Part shown: positions 38,905 to 51,571 of the stretch, one piece after another
How positions within the stretch are numbered: the first letter of the stretch is position 1
Layout: each line of letters opens with the position of its first letter
DNA from: Cystobasidiomycetes sp. EMM_F5
Taxonomy: Eukaryota
Direction: 5' to 3'
DNA length: 64,000 nt
Assembly (NCBI GenBank): GCA_051047955.1
Contig: JBPGPT010000001.1
Location: 496,001-560,000 of the forward strand
Position numbers and translations under genes: made by a program
Notes under the pieces: generated by a model
What the model was told of the DNA's origin: nothing
The model's input: only the letters and a program-made list of their open reading frames with translations
The model's database searches: none

Positions 38905-39485
38905 GGACAGGGATCATCCCGCATAGCCTTTTCCATGGATATTTTGCGTTTCTTCTCTTGACATGTTTGATATTAAAAATCTTGTACAGCGGCAAGATTG
39001 TCGCGATGATTGGTTCTGCAAAATGAATGTTTACGTTGAAGGTGTATACTAGACAGCGTGCCTTGTTGCGTAGATGTATAATGGCCATGCGAACATAACG
39101 ATTCACGCTCTTTTGCTTCCCACCGGTACAACGTCACACCAAATATGACCGTGTCGGGATCACCCAGCGCATTCGCAAGTGTGCGTATGCGACAGGTATG
39201 TCTGTCACTCTGTGAAGTGCTCGTACCGTGATGTTCAACTTCGTGTGTAGACGACGGATAGTCGACTTGAGTGAGGGCCGTGGAGCGTGAGAGGCGGAAT
39301 TGGCGTGCATTGTGTAAGCGACAACCGGCGTACGACCTGTCCGAGCATCGCAGATACTGAATTGTCTTACTGCAGTCAGGTGTAAGTTGGAGTTGGCATA
39401 TAGATTCTCTGGGAAGTGCCTGCGATTTACCGGCGTTTACACTCCTGCGGGATGGCGGACCAATGAGTGAATGTATGCCATGCCC

Positions 39486-39878
39486 TCAATGATAGTGGCT
39501 CGTAGCGAATACGTATATGGTGAGCGGGTCGTAGGCAATTTCTTGAATATATCGCGCAACCTTTTCGTTCTCGAGCATTTGCTGCAGCTTCTGTATGCAT
39601 TCCGGAATGAAAGTCGCCGTACACGGGTTGTGAAGGCCGATTCCAATGTAGATTTCGTCTACACTATCATCTTGACCTGAAGTGCAGCTGCTTGGACAGT
39701 GTATGCAGAGCTTGTCCAGCCATTCGACATCGGCATTATCTTTTTTGAATCGCTCGAGGTTCTCCTCCATCTTTTCTACGACAGAGCGCTGGTCGTAATC
39801 ATCGTCTGGATGCTTCCTCAGTACCAGAAACGGGTTTGTCCAGAAGCCGATACCCATCTCAGCCTCCGCTTGCGGCAT
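39486..39878 (-). CDS. Hypothetical intronless protein, about 130 aa (MPQAEAEMGIGFW...FATSHYH)
   Basis: Open frame with globular-looking composition in a gap between Bud4 and USO1; AAAG-ATG start context; TATA-like sequence about 150 bp upstream. No family recognised. Confidence 0.5.
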   Translation of the reverse strand: MPQAEAEMGIGFWTNPFLVLRKHPDDDYDQRSVVEKMEENLERFKKDNADVEWLDKLCIHCPSSCTSGQDDSVDEIYIGIGLHNPCTATFIPECIQKLQQMLENEKVARYIQEIAYDPLTIYVFATSHYH

Positions 39879-40377
39879 CTTTTGTTGCGTGGCCTGGCGG
39901 TATGGGGAGCTTGCTCCCAACTTGGGGTCGAACGTGGAGTTAACGTGCAACACAATCAGCGCGCGGTGACCTTAGTGATCGCACAGGAGTTACTGCTAGC
40001 CTTTCGCGAGGAAAGAAGCTGCTGTATATTGTATAGGCTTTAGAAGGGTTTGTTGTCGTAGGTCATCCTGTTCAAGGATGAATTGATGTGCCTGTGATGT
40101 CTGAGATCCTTAGCGAGATTGTTGACTTCATGGCAGCCTTCGAACGAAGCATTATCTCGAATGAATGTCAATTACAATACATTAGCGCCTTTGTAAGAGA
40201 ATGTCCGATGAATGTGTAATGAACGTCTTCAAAACTATCGCTGTTCCTGGAACATGTTGGTTTGCATCAAACATGACCGCAGCAGACGCAGCATCCCGAC
40301 AGCGCATACGGACATTCTGATATTGTCGACCAGTTGACGCGACAGCATAGCTCGCTCCTGCCAAAGATATCTGCAGC

Positions 40378-43300
40378 ATGTCTTTCCTGTCGAGCCTGGC
40401 GTCGTCGGTGACCAAGACTGCCTCCAGCAGCTACAAGCAGCTCCAGGGTCCGACGGGAGGGAAGCAGTCTGCGACCGACACGATAGACAAGCTCGTCGAC
40501 AGATTGGCCAATGGCACGCTGGTCGAAGACAGAAGAGCGGCTCTGCTCGGCTTGAAGGGCCTCAGTCGCGACTGGAAGGGCGTGCGTCCAGGTTCTGAGT
40601 CTATTCCAGCTCCGGAATGGCTAATGTGATTGTGTTCACTGACGCAGGATGTCGGCCAATCTGCAATCCCAATCCTGCTAACCATGCTTGAACGTGACGC
40701 ACCAGAAGACATGGAGACGGCAAAGGCAGTTCTGGAGACACTCAACTTGCTGTGTGAGGTGGATGAGGCACCAGAGAGACGCGTGCGTAGAGCAGCAGTC
40801 TCAAAGCTTCATCAAGCTAAATACTGAATCTGCGCGTCAACAGCAGCATTCGCGCGAGCCGGCAGCCGGATTGAGGAATACAGACCGCTTCCTGTCGTTG
40901 GAGTCGCCTTTGCATGCCCTGCTTTTTCTGCTAGGCAAGGAGCAATTCTACGTTCGCTTCTTCTCGTTGCAGTTGCTCGGCACGGTTCTAGCCAATCGTC
41001 CTGAAGTAGTACAAAAGTATGTGTTGAAAGCCCCAGGCGGCTCGGCACGACTGGTCGAAGTACTCGAAGACAAACGAGAGATTATTCGAAATGAAGGGCT
41101 GCTCCTCTTCATCTCCCTCCTGTCGACCAATGCCGATATTCAAAAGATTGTAGCTTTCGAGGGTGCTTTCGACCGTCTATTCAACATCATCAACCAAGAA
41201 GGCGGTATTGCATCCGGTGGTATTGTCGTTCAGGATTGTCTCTCGGGCGTAGCGGGACTATTGCGCTACAATGTGTCAAATCAGGTATGTGCTGGTTTTC
41301 AGCTTTGCTGCAGACAACCAGAATTGACACAATCCGACGGATGATAGAATTATTTCCGCGAGACATCGTGCATTCAGCTCTTACCTCCACTTCTATTCTT
41401 TCCACCCGTTGCGTTGTTGACTGACCCGAATACCGGAGAAGCGCAACAAGCACTCGATGCTTTCGCTTTTCAAGAATGGTCACAGCAGAAGACGATCAAT
41501 GCACAAATGGTGCTACTCTTGGTACGAACGCTAATGACTGGTGCTGGCGAAGGCAGGGCGCAGAATCAGCGCGCATTGCTAGCGGCGGGCTTGACACACT
41601 GTCTCGTCGAGCTTGCCTTGGCATCTACCGCTCCTCCCTCTCTCAAGACTCTTGCCTTGAACGCACTGGCCGATATACTCTTTCAATCACCACCGAATCA
41701 GGATTTCTTGTCGACACTGCACGTAATGCCTTTGATACCTTCGACCATTCACGACCCAAATGTTCCTTATGAAGCTGGAACAAAGTCATGGCAGAGAGCT
41801 CAGCCTGTTAGTGCAGTCTTAGCGCTAATAGGAATGGCTATAGAAGGCGAGCCGGGGTCAGAAATTGATCCCAACGAGAGGGAAAGCTTGAAATTGCGAG
41901 CAGCGGCGGTGAGGCTGTTTGAGGTTAGTCGATGAATCTTCCGGTAGCGTATTGTTGGGTTCGAGCTTATCGCTTTTGTACAGAGCTACGTTGTTGGCAA
42001 TCCTGATGCGCAGCTAACAATAGCCAGTGGGATGGCCAGCACTGCCTCAGGTGCGTCCAGACGTGCTTCTAATGTACTGTCCATACTAAATGATCGTCGT
42101 ACGCAGCAAATGGTCCACAAACAGCTGGCTCTTTGCTTTTAGCTGGTGTAAAAACCCTTCCGATAGCTTCACCCAGCACACCATTCGACGCACACGCCGC
42201 CGTATACTCCTGTTTGCTTCTCTCCTACCTTCTTCGAAATACAGAGTCGTGCAAACGCATGGCTCGCGAAGTTCGCATAAGCGACGACGCTGAAGCTGAA
42301 GTGCAATCTACACCGTTACCACCGCCCTCTGGTCGACCGTCAGTGGATGGGAATGCCGCCGCTAGTGCCGCGGTCGCGAATGATGAGGACGATCGAACGG
42401 GCTTGGTACATATAGTCGTAGGAAATTTGATGATGGCTCAACGGGAACAGTCTCAATTGGCCGCAAATGCGAGTGGAGCCTCTGTAGGTACGGCTGGAAA
42501 CCACTTTCAGCTGCTAGGCGAATGGAGCAGAGTGATGGTCGGTTACTTGATGGTCCTCTGCGTATGGATGTGGGAATCTCCGAGAAGTGTCAAGGAGTTT
42601 CTTTCAGAAGGCTCCAATATCCAGGTGGTGAGTAACACTGCAACGACGCCGCACATGCACAACTTGCTAAATCCACAACCCATCATGCAGCTGATTCAAC
42701 CCATTACGCAAACGTCTGGTGTCGACTCGCTCGTACAGGGTCTGTGCGCGTTCCTGTTGGGCATAGTCTACGAATACAATCGGGAGCCAGGGTCTGTGAC
42801 GCGTGCGACACTTCATCCGATATTGCAAAGTCATGTAGGCCCAGATGTCTTTGCAAATCGCATCCTGCGCTTGCGAGAAGATGTCCGCTTCAAGAATGTT
42901 GGCCCGGATGTCCTGGAGTTGTCGGATGATGCGGATGCTGCGGAAGATGGGGTGTGGTTCGATTGGGCGTTTGTCGAGTTCTTGAAGAACAATTACTGTA
43001 AGATTGGTGTTTTGGCGAGAGCCCTTGGATGGACAGTCTGGCTGAACTTGCGGTTTCACAGTGTCTGTGCAAAGGTCCATTTTACTGGATCCTGGGCAAA
43101 CCGACTTTTCTAGTATGTGCGAATCGTGATGAGATGCACTCGGTCTGACTGTGCTCATTCAGGCGGCAAAGGCGGGGACTCTTTCGAATCGCTGGAGCTG
43201 ATAGCGAATCTGCGGAGAACTATAGCTGAACAAAAGAAGGAGGTTGAGGACCTACGACAGCGAATTATTAACATGTCATCAGAGCAGGAAGAGGAGCGCA

Positions 43301-43599
43301 GCTCCTTATCAAGGGAAACCGCTCGTGTCATTGAACAGTTGGCTCTTACAAAGAGCGAGGTGACGCGGTTGCAGGGAGAAGTCGAAGCGGCCAAGACCAA
43401 GAAAGGGGACGCGGAGAAGGAGCAAGAGGACCTGCTGGTGCTGCTCGAGGAGCTGAGCTCGAAACGGAAAGCGGACAAAGCCCGTATGCGGGCGGCACGT
43501 ATACCGGTCTCGGAGGATGAGGAGGACGACGACGACGATGACGAAGAGGAAGTCGGAGAGCCCGGGGCAGACAGTGCACCTCCAGAAGAGCATGATTAG
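40378..43599 (+). CDS. USO1: Vesicle tethering factor Uso1/p115, multi-exon
   Basis: QSATDTIDKLVDRL...TLVEDRRAALLGLK, KREIIRNEGLLL, IQKIVAFEGAFDRLF, IVVQDCL...LLRYNVSNQ, LVQGLCAFLLG, coiled coil and EQEDLLVLL...VSEDEEDDDD acidic tail. Confidence 0.93.
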
Positions 43600-43753
43600 T
43601 CACAGTCTGAATCATTGTTGTGTGTACTTGTCGGCAGTTCATCAACCGTTTACCTTTACGCGACTGATCTTCTGACTCTGGACGGTGTCTCACAAGTTGG
43701 CCGTTGACCAAGAGGGGACTTTTAGATATTTTCTCTGGGTCTGCGACAGACGC

Positions 43754-46700
43754 ATGCCCGACAATCCAGACGACAGCACCAATGATTTCCATGCAGATGC
43801 CCAGACGCCAGGCCGGCCGCGCTCGCTCAGCGCTGATGAAATGGCACTGGCCCGGCTCATAAAACGCCAGGACAAGATACGAGTCGAAGTCGCTGAGAGC
43901 TACTACGACGCAGTGATAGAGATCTTGGGCGAGGACGGTGAGCGTGTGGTGCGATGTTGGAGCAAAGCATAGCTGAGGAGTGATTTGTATGACCAGGCTA
44001 CCGGAGGTTGCAAGGCGAAGCTCAGGCTCGCTTGAAGCAATGGCTGACCACAAAGCCAGAAATCTATAGAGGCCTCGCGCACCATCTTGTTGGATACTGC
44101 AAGCGGCACTCGGACAGTCTGTATCCCTTGTCGCTGTACACGATTATCCTGTGCTGCTACGAAACCAGCAGAGACAATGGATGGAAAGCATCACTCGTCA
44201 AGGATTTGGCTGCAAAGCTGGACGACATACGAATCCTCATCAACAACGTCTTCAAGCCACACTTGGAAGGAGTACACGAGAACGCGGTGACTGCGCTGTT
44301 CAGTTCAATGGCAGGGCACTCGTTCTATCGAGGCCTCGTTGAGGGTCGGCCAGGATTCTTGGAGAGGTTTGGGCTTCCGTTTCCATACAATAGTAAGTTC
44401 GACTGATGTATTACGCAGATATCAAGAGCGTCGCCGATTGCGCGGCAAGGACTTAGGTACTGGCTCGCAATCCGCCACGACTGCCAGCGTAGCTGGGGAC
44501 GATGCGACGCACAATCCTACGACGAGCTTGGAAAAGAGGCATGTATCTGCGGACACGGCTGGACAAACTTCTAACAAGCGCAGTCGCACGGAAGACGTTG
44601 AGCAGGAAGCAAGGTCCAGCCAACCAGCACTTATACCAGGCTCCGACACACAGCAGAATCACAAACGGTCGCGTACAGTCGGCGAGCCTCAGAATGTGAG
44701 AAACAACGAGATCTCGGAGGTAGAGCCGCATCCGCTGCAAGATGTGCCTACTGCGCGGACAGTAAATTCCGAGGTTGTGGGGCAAGACAAGCTTGTTCAT
44801 AAGGTCCGGCAGCTGCCTTCACGTGGTCCTCCTACGCCAGAGGCCACACCGGCTCCAACTTCTCCTCTCGCAAAGCCACCGCTTCTTCCGCCAGGCCAGA
44901 ATTTGGACCTTCCGCCGGCCATACAGGTATCGGCAGCTACTCCAGCGACGCAAGCTCGTCTAGCGCCGCCTCGTCTCATCATTGAAATCTCAGACGATGA
45001 CGATGACAATATCGGTGATGCGATTCCAAGCAAAGCCGGACCAGGGACCAGCTCAGACATCCAACGCGCAAGCCTTGAAATCGATACCAAAATCCAGCCA
45101 GCGCAATTGCCGCCCACCACGACGACATTGCAGGTCATGACCGAGAGGAGTCTTACGCCTCAGCCACCTGTGATGCAATTCGTATCAGCAGCAGAAGGAA
45201 CCGGACAGGCCGTACAGGTGACTATACCATCTCTACAAGCCGATCCAAGTATACAAGCAGCGAGTCCAGTGCGGAAGGCCTCAGCCTCTCCCGCTAAATC
45301 CCCAAAAGCGACTGCAGCAACGGCTAGCAAGACTAGCAAAGAAAGTCCGCGAGTAGGCAGGAAAAGGAAGGCATCTGCGCCCGCTGGTTCCCCATCAGTC
45401 CCAAGTCCAACTGCCTATACCCAGATCCTCACGTCAAAATACAAGGATATGCAGCAGAAGTGGAATGACAATATCATTGGAAGCCCACCTCAGCTACGTG
45501 CAGCGACAGATTCGCCAAAGCGAATCATGAGTATGCTGCCGCCCGTATCGATTCTACCACAAGCTGGCGTTCAGTCGAACGCGCAGACTCCCGGACCAGC
45601 TCCTACAGAAGCGTCTACCTCTAATGCTATCACTGCTGCGACCCCGGCTGCTCCGGCTGTTGATACACCCAAAGTCGCTAGAGATACGATTGCAAATGCA
45701 GTCCCGACCACTGTCGTACCAGCATTTGCGCCAAGCCAGCCTGTTATCCCGACTGCACCTGCCCTAGGTACTGCTCCAGCTCTAATAAAGCCGTTTATCC
45801 CTGCCTTACCGAGGCAGCTACCGGAACAATCTGCGACATTGAACGCAGCCCCAACTGTCCCGACATCTGCATCGTCACCTGCTGTCGCTGCAGTTGGCAA
45901 AGACAAACCGCCATCTGCGGCAAAGACGGGCCTCTTGGGCAAGGCGTTGGAGCGCTACATGGGGAACAATACAACCAACGATTCGGGCACAGCAATACAG
46001 ACTCTGTCAAAAGCATCATCGCCTCAAGACGACGACGCAACTACAATAGCTATACCCACTTCCATAACGAAAAATGTTACGATGGTTCCGACTGATGAGT
46101 GGGATAAGGTTGTTGATCAGCTCGAGTACCGCATCGAGCACGCCGTCATGCAGAAAGTGCCCGTCGATGCGCGCAATGCTCAACTGAAAGAGTCAGAGAA
46201 GGAACGAAAGAGGTGCGATGGGTTACGCAAGGAATCCCGCTCCTTTGCGGCACAGCGAAACAGCCGTCGCTTACATCGCAATAAAAGCGCAAAGCAGATG
46301 GTGCATGCCGAGGGACCGGCGCCGCTTCCGGACACGACTGGCCAGATTGCGAAGCCTGCATGCATTGACAATGTTCAACGCAACGAGGTTTCACATGCCT
46401 CAGCATCAGGCAACGACTCAGGCTTTGGTGCAAGCCAAGCAGTTCTGCAAGATACAACTGTATCGCAGCGAGCAGACGAAGCTAGTACGCTATTGCAGCA
46501 CCTTGTCACTGAAAATCGCACCGTCACCAACGGACCCGAGCAGCCTCTTACGATGCTGTCCGCGGAGAAGTCTGGTAGTCTCGATCCTAACCGAATCCAA
46601 GTCGGACAGACCACTGCGCTGATACCTGTATTCAAAGCTGGGAATCCCGCGCAATCTCCATTCGCGGCGCATAATGGCGGACTTGCTACCAAATCGTCTA

Positions 46701-48940
46701 CTTCTGGAAAATCGCACGGAAATGCAGACATGGTTGGGGGATCGACGGAGTCGCAACCACGACAAGCACTTGCGCCAACGTCTATGCCAAGCGCTTCTAA
46801 TACTTTGAGCCAGCCGAGCGCTGCGTCAGATTCTCAGCGGACGACGGGTGTCTCAGAAGTTGGCCCAGAGCCAACATCTGAGATGTCATCGCATCGTAAC
46901 AACAGTCACATGCGAGCGTCGTCGCACGTGGAGGCCGTTGCTACCCCTGCTGCATCGGTGTGCGCGAAGGAAGCCAATGGCCAACCTGGAAGCACATTCT
47001 CAGGTATTGCGATGCATAAGAGTAATATTGCCACCATTGCAGCAGTCAACGCGCCGAACTCCATCACTTGGACTGTACCGTACAAGCCAACAACAGCACA
47101 AGCGCAAGTGCCAGATTTGCCCCATGGAAATGCCCTGAAGGATACCAATAGCGATGCTAGGCCCGTGCCATCCGGGACGAGATCGCACTCAGCTCTAGCC
47201 ACCACAGCAAGCGGTCCGACTTTGGCAAACGAGCTGCCTCACGTGCCTATTACGCGTGCTGTGCCAGCGCGACAAACGTTAGATTCACCGCAAAGCAATT
47301 TCGATTCCAATAGCCATGCTCAACAAAGTCAAACATTGCAAAAGAACAGCCGCGCACCCGTGCAGAACCAAGGCAATCTGATTCAGTCTGTGGTTGCGAA
47401 CAATCAGATGCCTGCCGCGTCTGCGGTAACAACAAGTCCAAGCAGTGGAGGCCCTTTGAGCCAGTTGTTAGTGAACCGAGCGAATTATGCAGTAGCCGCT
47501 GGTAATCAACCGATAGCTTCAAATCCTTATGCAGCTCGCAGAGAAATCTTGCTCGCGGTTGCAAAAGTGGCAGGTGAAAAGTGTGACGACGCATACATTA
47601 ACCAGGCAGAGATGAACCTCCGGGCGCAGGGCATAAACGAGACGGAAGTGGAGCTATCTCGCTACATCGCGTGGCGGTATATGCTGGTAAGCTACCTTCA
47701 ATTCATGCTGGGATCACCGGTGTCACCAATTTTGACATTACTGCAGTGTTTACATCACGCTCAAAATGAGCGGCTCATACAACAACAACAACAAGCCTTT
47801 GCGGAATTTCATACTAAGCCCTTGTTCTGTCCAGCTATGCCGGAAGCGCCATCGATGGGCCTCGAACAGCGACGAAAAATATTTATGGACCGACTGGCGA
47901 ACATGCAGCGGGCTGCTTTGCAGAAGCGCCAACAGTTATCACATGATATTGGGATTCTCTCTTATCATATGACTAAGCTCGACGAGGGTCTCCAGCAGCA
48001 TTCTCAGCAACAGCAAGCAAGTGCACAGACGTTTATGACACAAAAGAACCATGCCATCGATGGCCACGGGACTGGTCATTCAATACCTCCCTTCAATTAT
48101 GCGGCGTATGCTCCTACTCAGCAGCTACAGCAGACTCGTGGTGTCCCGGATCTTCATGCACAGAATTACGGTAACGTATCACACCCTCAGATGCCCATAC
48201 AACACAATCAAGGCACATTGGTGCCTTTTATGCAAAGCTCTGTTCAACAGTCCGAGCCGATGGTCTCATCGCTAGCGACAGGAACAGGGATCTTAACAGT
48301 GCCAGCTGTCTCCTCCGCACCTTTATCTTACGCAACCCAAGATCCGAACGCAGATCAAAATGGACAGCGGCAAACGGCTCAACAGCCGGCATCTGTGCTA
48401 CCAGACGCGCAGTATACACCCTGGAATCCAGCACAAATGCTCTTTCAGAAGCAGCAAGCTCAGCGCCTGCGTGACATACAACAAGTGCAGCACGGGCAGG
48501 GCCAGCAGCAAGTGCAACAGATGCAAGAAATGCACGCACCATCAAATCCTCAGGCGCCGCAAATCTCACAAGCGTTACTTCCGCAAACAACTCCACATAA
48601 CATCGACCCGCAGATCCTGCACGCACAGCAGCAGCAGAGTAACATCGAGTCGTCTCAGGCTCGCCATCAGCAAGCGCTCCTGTTCCAACAGACTCGTCAA
48701 GCTCAGCAGCAAGATCTAGCGCGCCAGAGCCAAGGGTTGCAGATGCAGCATGCTCAGCAGTCAACACAAGCAATGCAAACTGTGCAGCAAGTAGCGCAGC
48801 CGATAGAATCACGACAGGCGGTACAAGGCCAGCCGCTCAGTCACCTGAATATTAACTTTATAGCCGGTGGACAACCCAGATCATCTGCTGATCCATCCAG
48901 AAAGCCTCACCACATTGCGCATTCTACCCCAAAATTGTAG
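43754..48940 (+). CDS. Very large, mostly disordered protein (about 1,670-1,690 aa): helical N-terminal domain, Pro/Ala/Ser-rich middle, Q-rich C-terminus
   Basis: ORFs 43685-43972, 44008-44406 and 44339-48940 join in frame through GT-AG introns at about 43938-43996 (EDG|YRRLQ) and 44367-44418 (FLER|YQERRR). Confidence 0.72.
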
Positions 48941-49110
48941 CATATTCCGAAAGAACCGCGTCTCGCTTCATTTTGACTTTTTTAGTGTACGAATTCGGAT
49001 CAGTAAGGGATAGTAGATGCAAAGTCGGAATGCTGTCGGTTGTGAATCCTGTATTACCCTGCCTAGAAAATTCGCAAATGCTGCCATGCTATGCTCGTGT
49101 GAATGACGTT

Positions 49111-50132
49111 TCATAGACGCGCTTGTTGCCCTTCTCCTGCTTTTCGTGCGGGCTGATAAGGTTTGCCGAGCCTGATCAACAATAGTGAGTTGTGCACACG
49201 ACCTTAGTTTTGTCTTCGCTTGTCGAGCTCACCAGAATGCAATAATCTCGAATCGGTCCGAACCCATGAAATTCATCGTCTGGCCATCGTCCTTCGTGAA
49301 GTGCATGTACGGAACTCCATATGCAGTCAGATCCTTCACAATCTGGCCTCCCTCTTCCTTCATTATGTCCTTCATCTGTTGCGATTTCGCCTTCTCCAGC
49401 AGTGCATCCCATTCTTCTTCTTTAAACAGATCTTGCCCAAGCAGAGATTGCAGAGTCTGCTTGTCCGCTGCAAACAAAGCACCATGATCTCCCTCCGCGA
49501 AGACCTTCTTGAACATCTTGTCTGTCGCAACCGCTAGCTGATCTGGACGCTCGTCTTGTAAGAGCCGCATGAAACGCATAATGGCCGTAGAGTTGGGAGG
49601 CTTGCTGCGAGCATCTTTACTGTATGTCCAAGCCTTTGGCGAGGTCGGGACTGCGACTCGGCAATATCAGCGATGTTTCCGCGTGTATCGAATTCGTAAT
49701 ATGTTACTTTGGTATAAATCGCTATATAAGCGAAATTCTTGTGCCTAACTCAGCAAGAGGATCATCAGGAATGAGTTCCGTTTCCTTCTCAAATCTACAT
49801 GGTTCTCACCATCATTTGGCCCTTGTTCTGCACCACAAGCGGAGCCTTGTTTCCGGCCGCCTGGAAAATGTAACCCAGGATGACTGGCCTTAACGTGATC
49901 TTGAGGTTCCATGATGACTCATAACGCTGTAGCAGTTCGAACGCGATGTACGACTGGTTGAGGTGACACGTTGTCAGTTCAAAGGCAATGAGGTAGGGCG
50001 AATGTACGGGAAATTACCCAAGGCCTGGACAGGGACAGGGAGCGATTCAGCATTAGATAGTTATTTATGCACAGCTTCAGGCTTGACGTACGATATCAGG
50101 TCGTAGTAAAAGTCAACTTTCGTTTGGCCCAT
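49111..50132 (-). CDS. Glutathione S-transferase kappa / DsbA-like (HCCA isomerase family) with C-terminal PTS1 (ARL)
   Basis: Spliced N-terminus [27 protein letters not shown]...LRPVILGYIF, GVPYM...FMGSDRFE; last exon LGKPYQ...QQARL-stop. Confidence 0.88.
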
Positions 50133-51571
50133 GCTTTCTTCTTTACTTTGTTGGAACGGAGTATGCGTGGGAACCAGAAGAATGTATGAACAGCCGAGGC
50201 GCAGATAATGAAAATCAGTTGCGTTGAACGCTCACTGTTGGATCGTCAAGAGCGCAAAGCGTCTATGTGCATTTCGGTCCCGGCATCTCCTCTCCCGAGC
50301 GGCGCGCGCTCATGACGGGGTTTTTTTTCATGACGGACGTTCCGCTGAGCGCTGTACACAGCTTGCAATGACATCTTCTGACGACGTGTATACTGACGGG
50401 ACTCCTACTTCGCCCCTCGGTGTTTTCAGCTCGAAATGAAGTCAACGAATGATCCGCTGGCTGCTTGCGTGCGTGGCATCTGGAGCCCGCCAAACAATAG
50501 CACGTTACTTTCATCAAGACGTTTAATCACTTCCATTAAGATGTTTATCACCACTGCCAGGCCACTCATGAGTTATGATGCCGTTGCCGCTGCTGAACCG
50601 AATTTGCCTGATACTGATTAGACATACCTGTTATGAATGAGCCTGGCAAGAAGTAGAGTATGCGCTTCCCGCTGAACCTCCTTCAACACCTTCTAGGGCG
50701 ACTTCCGGATGATAGTACCGCTGGCCATGGGATAATCGAGTCCACCTGACGTTAACAAAGAAAACAAACATGAGGACAAATGGGGCAAGAATCCTGTCTT
50801 ATAAGGCTTCAAGATTTCCGTCACGCTTGTCTAAGTGTTAGGAGTCTCTCAAAAGTGGCCGACATCGAACTAGAGGCACTCTTCCTGAATGTCGTATTCA
50901 GCACCCCGCCGAGCATAGCACCCTGGCGTCCTGCTTGAAGGCGGATAGCTGGAATTACACTTGCTCTGACAATGGCATCCACACCTGCCAGATTATAGAG
51001 GCGCGATGACGTGGACTATTCTGCTACTACCTAGCACCTTCGACAAACGAAACTTGCAAGATTGGACTGGCTATATGAAACAGACGACTTGGCTGAATGA
51101 AGTGGTGCAGGTTGCGCTGTGCCGAGATGAATGTGCAGTTCGTCTGAAGGAGCTCACACGGCTTGCTAATTGGTGGTGCTGTTAAAAGCAATTGCAAATA
51201 GTGGGAAGCTATTTTACCACCTTTTTAGACTGTTCCGAAGGCTTCGTCTTAGGGATTCAGTGCAGATTTCCGATAGAATCACACATGTAGGCAGTACATC
51301 TCGTCGCTAAGCCTGTTGGAAAATTCTGCACCTCCAACGGCTTGTTTCGCATTTCCCCAGAAACTGATCGGGCGCAACGATAAGAGTCGCAGTAGCAAAT
51401 TATTGCTGGCCTAACGACATTGAACAGCTCCGGCACCTGTCGACCATGTCTGCCATGCACATCTGAGTTCAGCATTAACGACTTGCTCACAGATAGTCCG
51501 AATATTTGACATCAAAAGCTACAAATGACATCGCCGCCAAGACGCGCATAGCACATTACAAGAGGAGAGAA

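Noticed and set aside
48228..48812. 194-aa antisense Leu/Ala-rich ORF
   Set aside because: Mirror of the CAG/CAA-rich Gln tail on the + strand.
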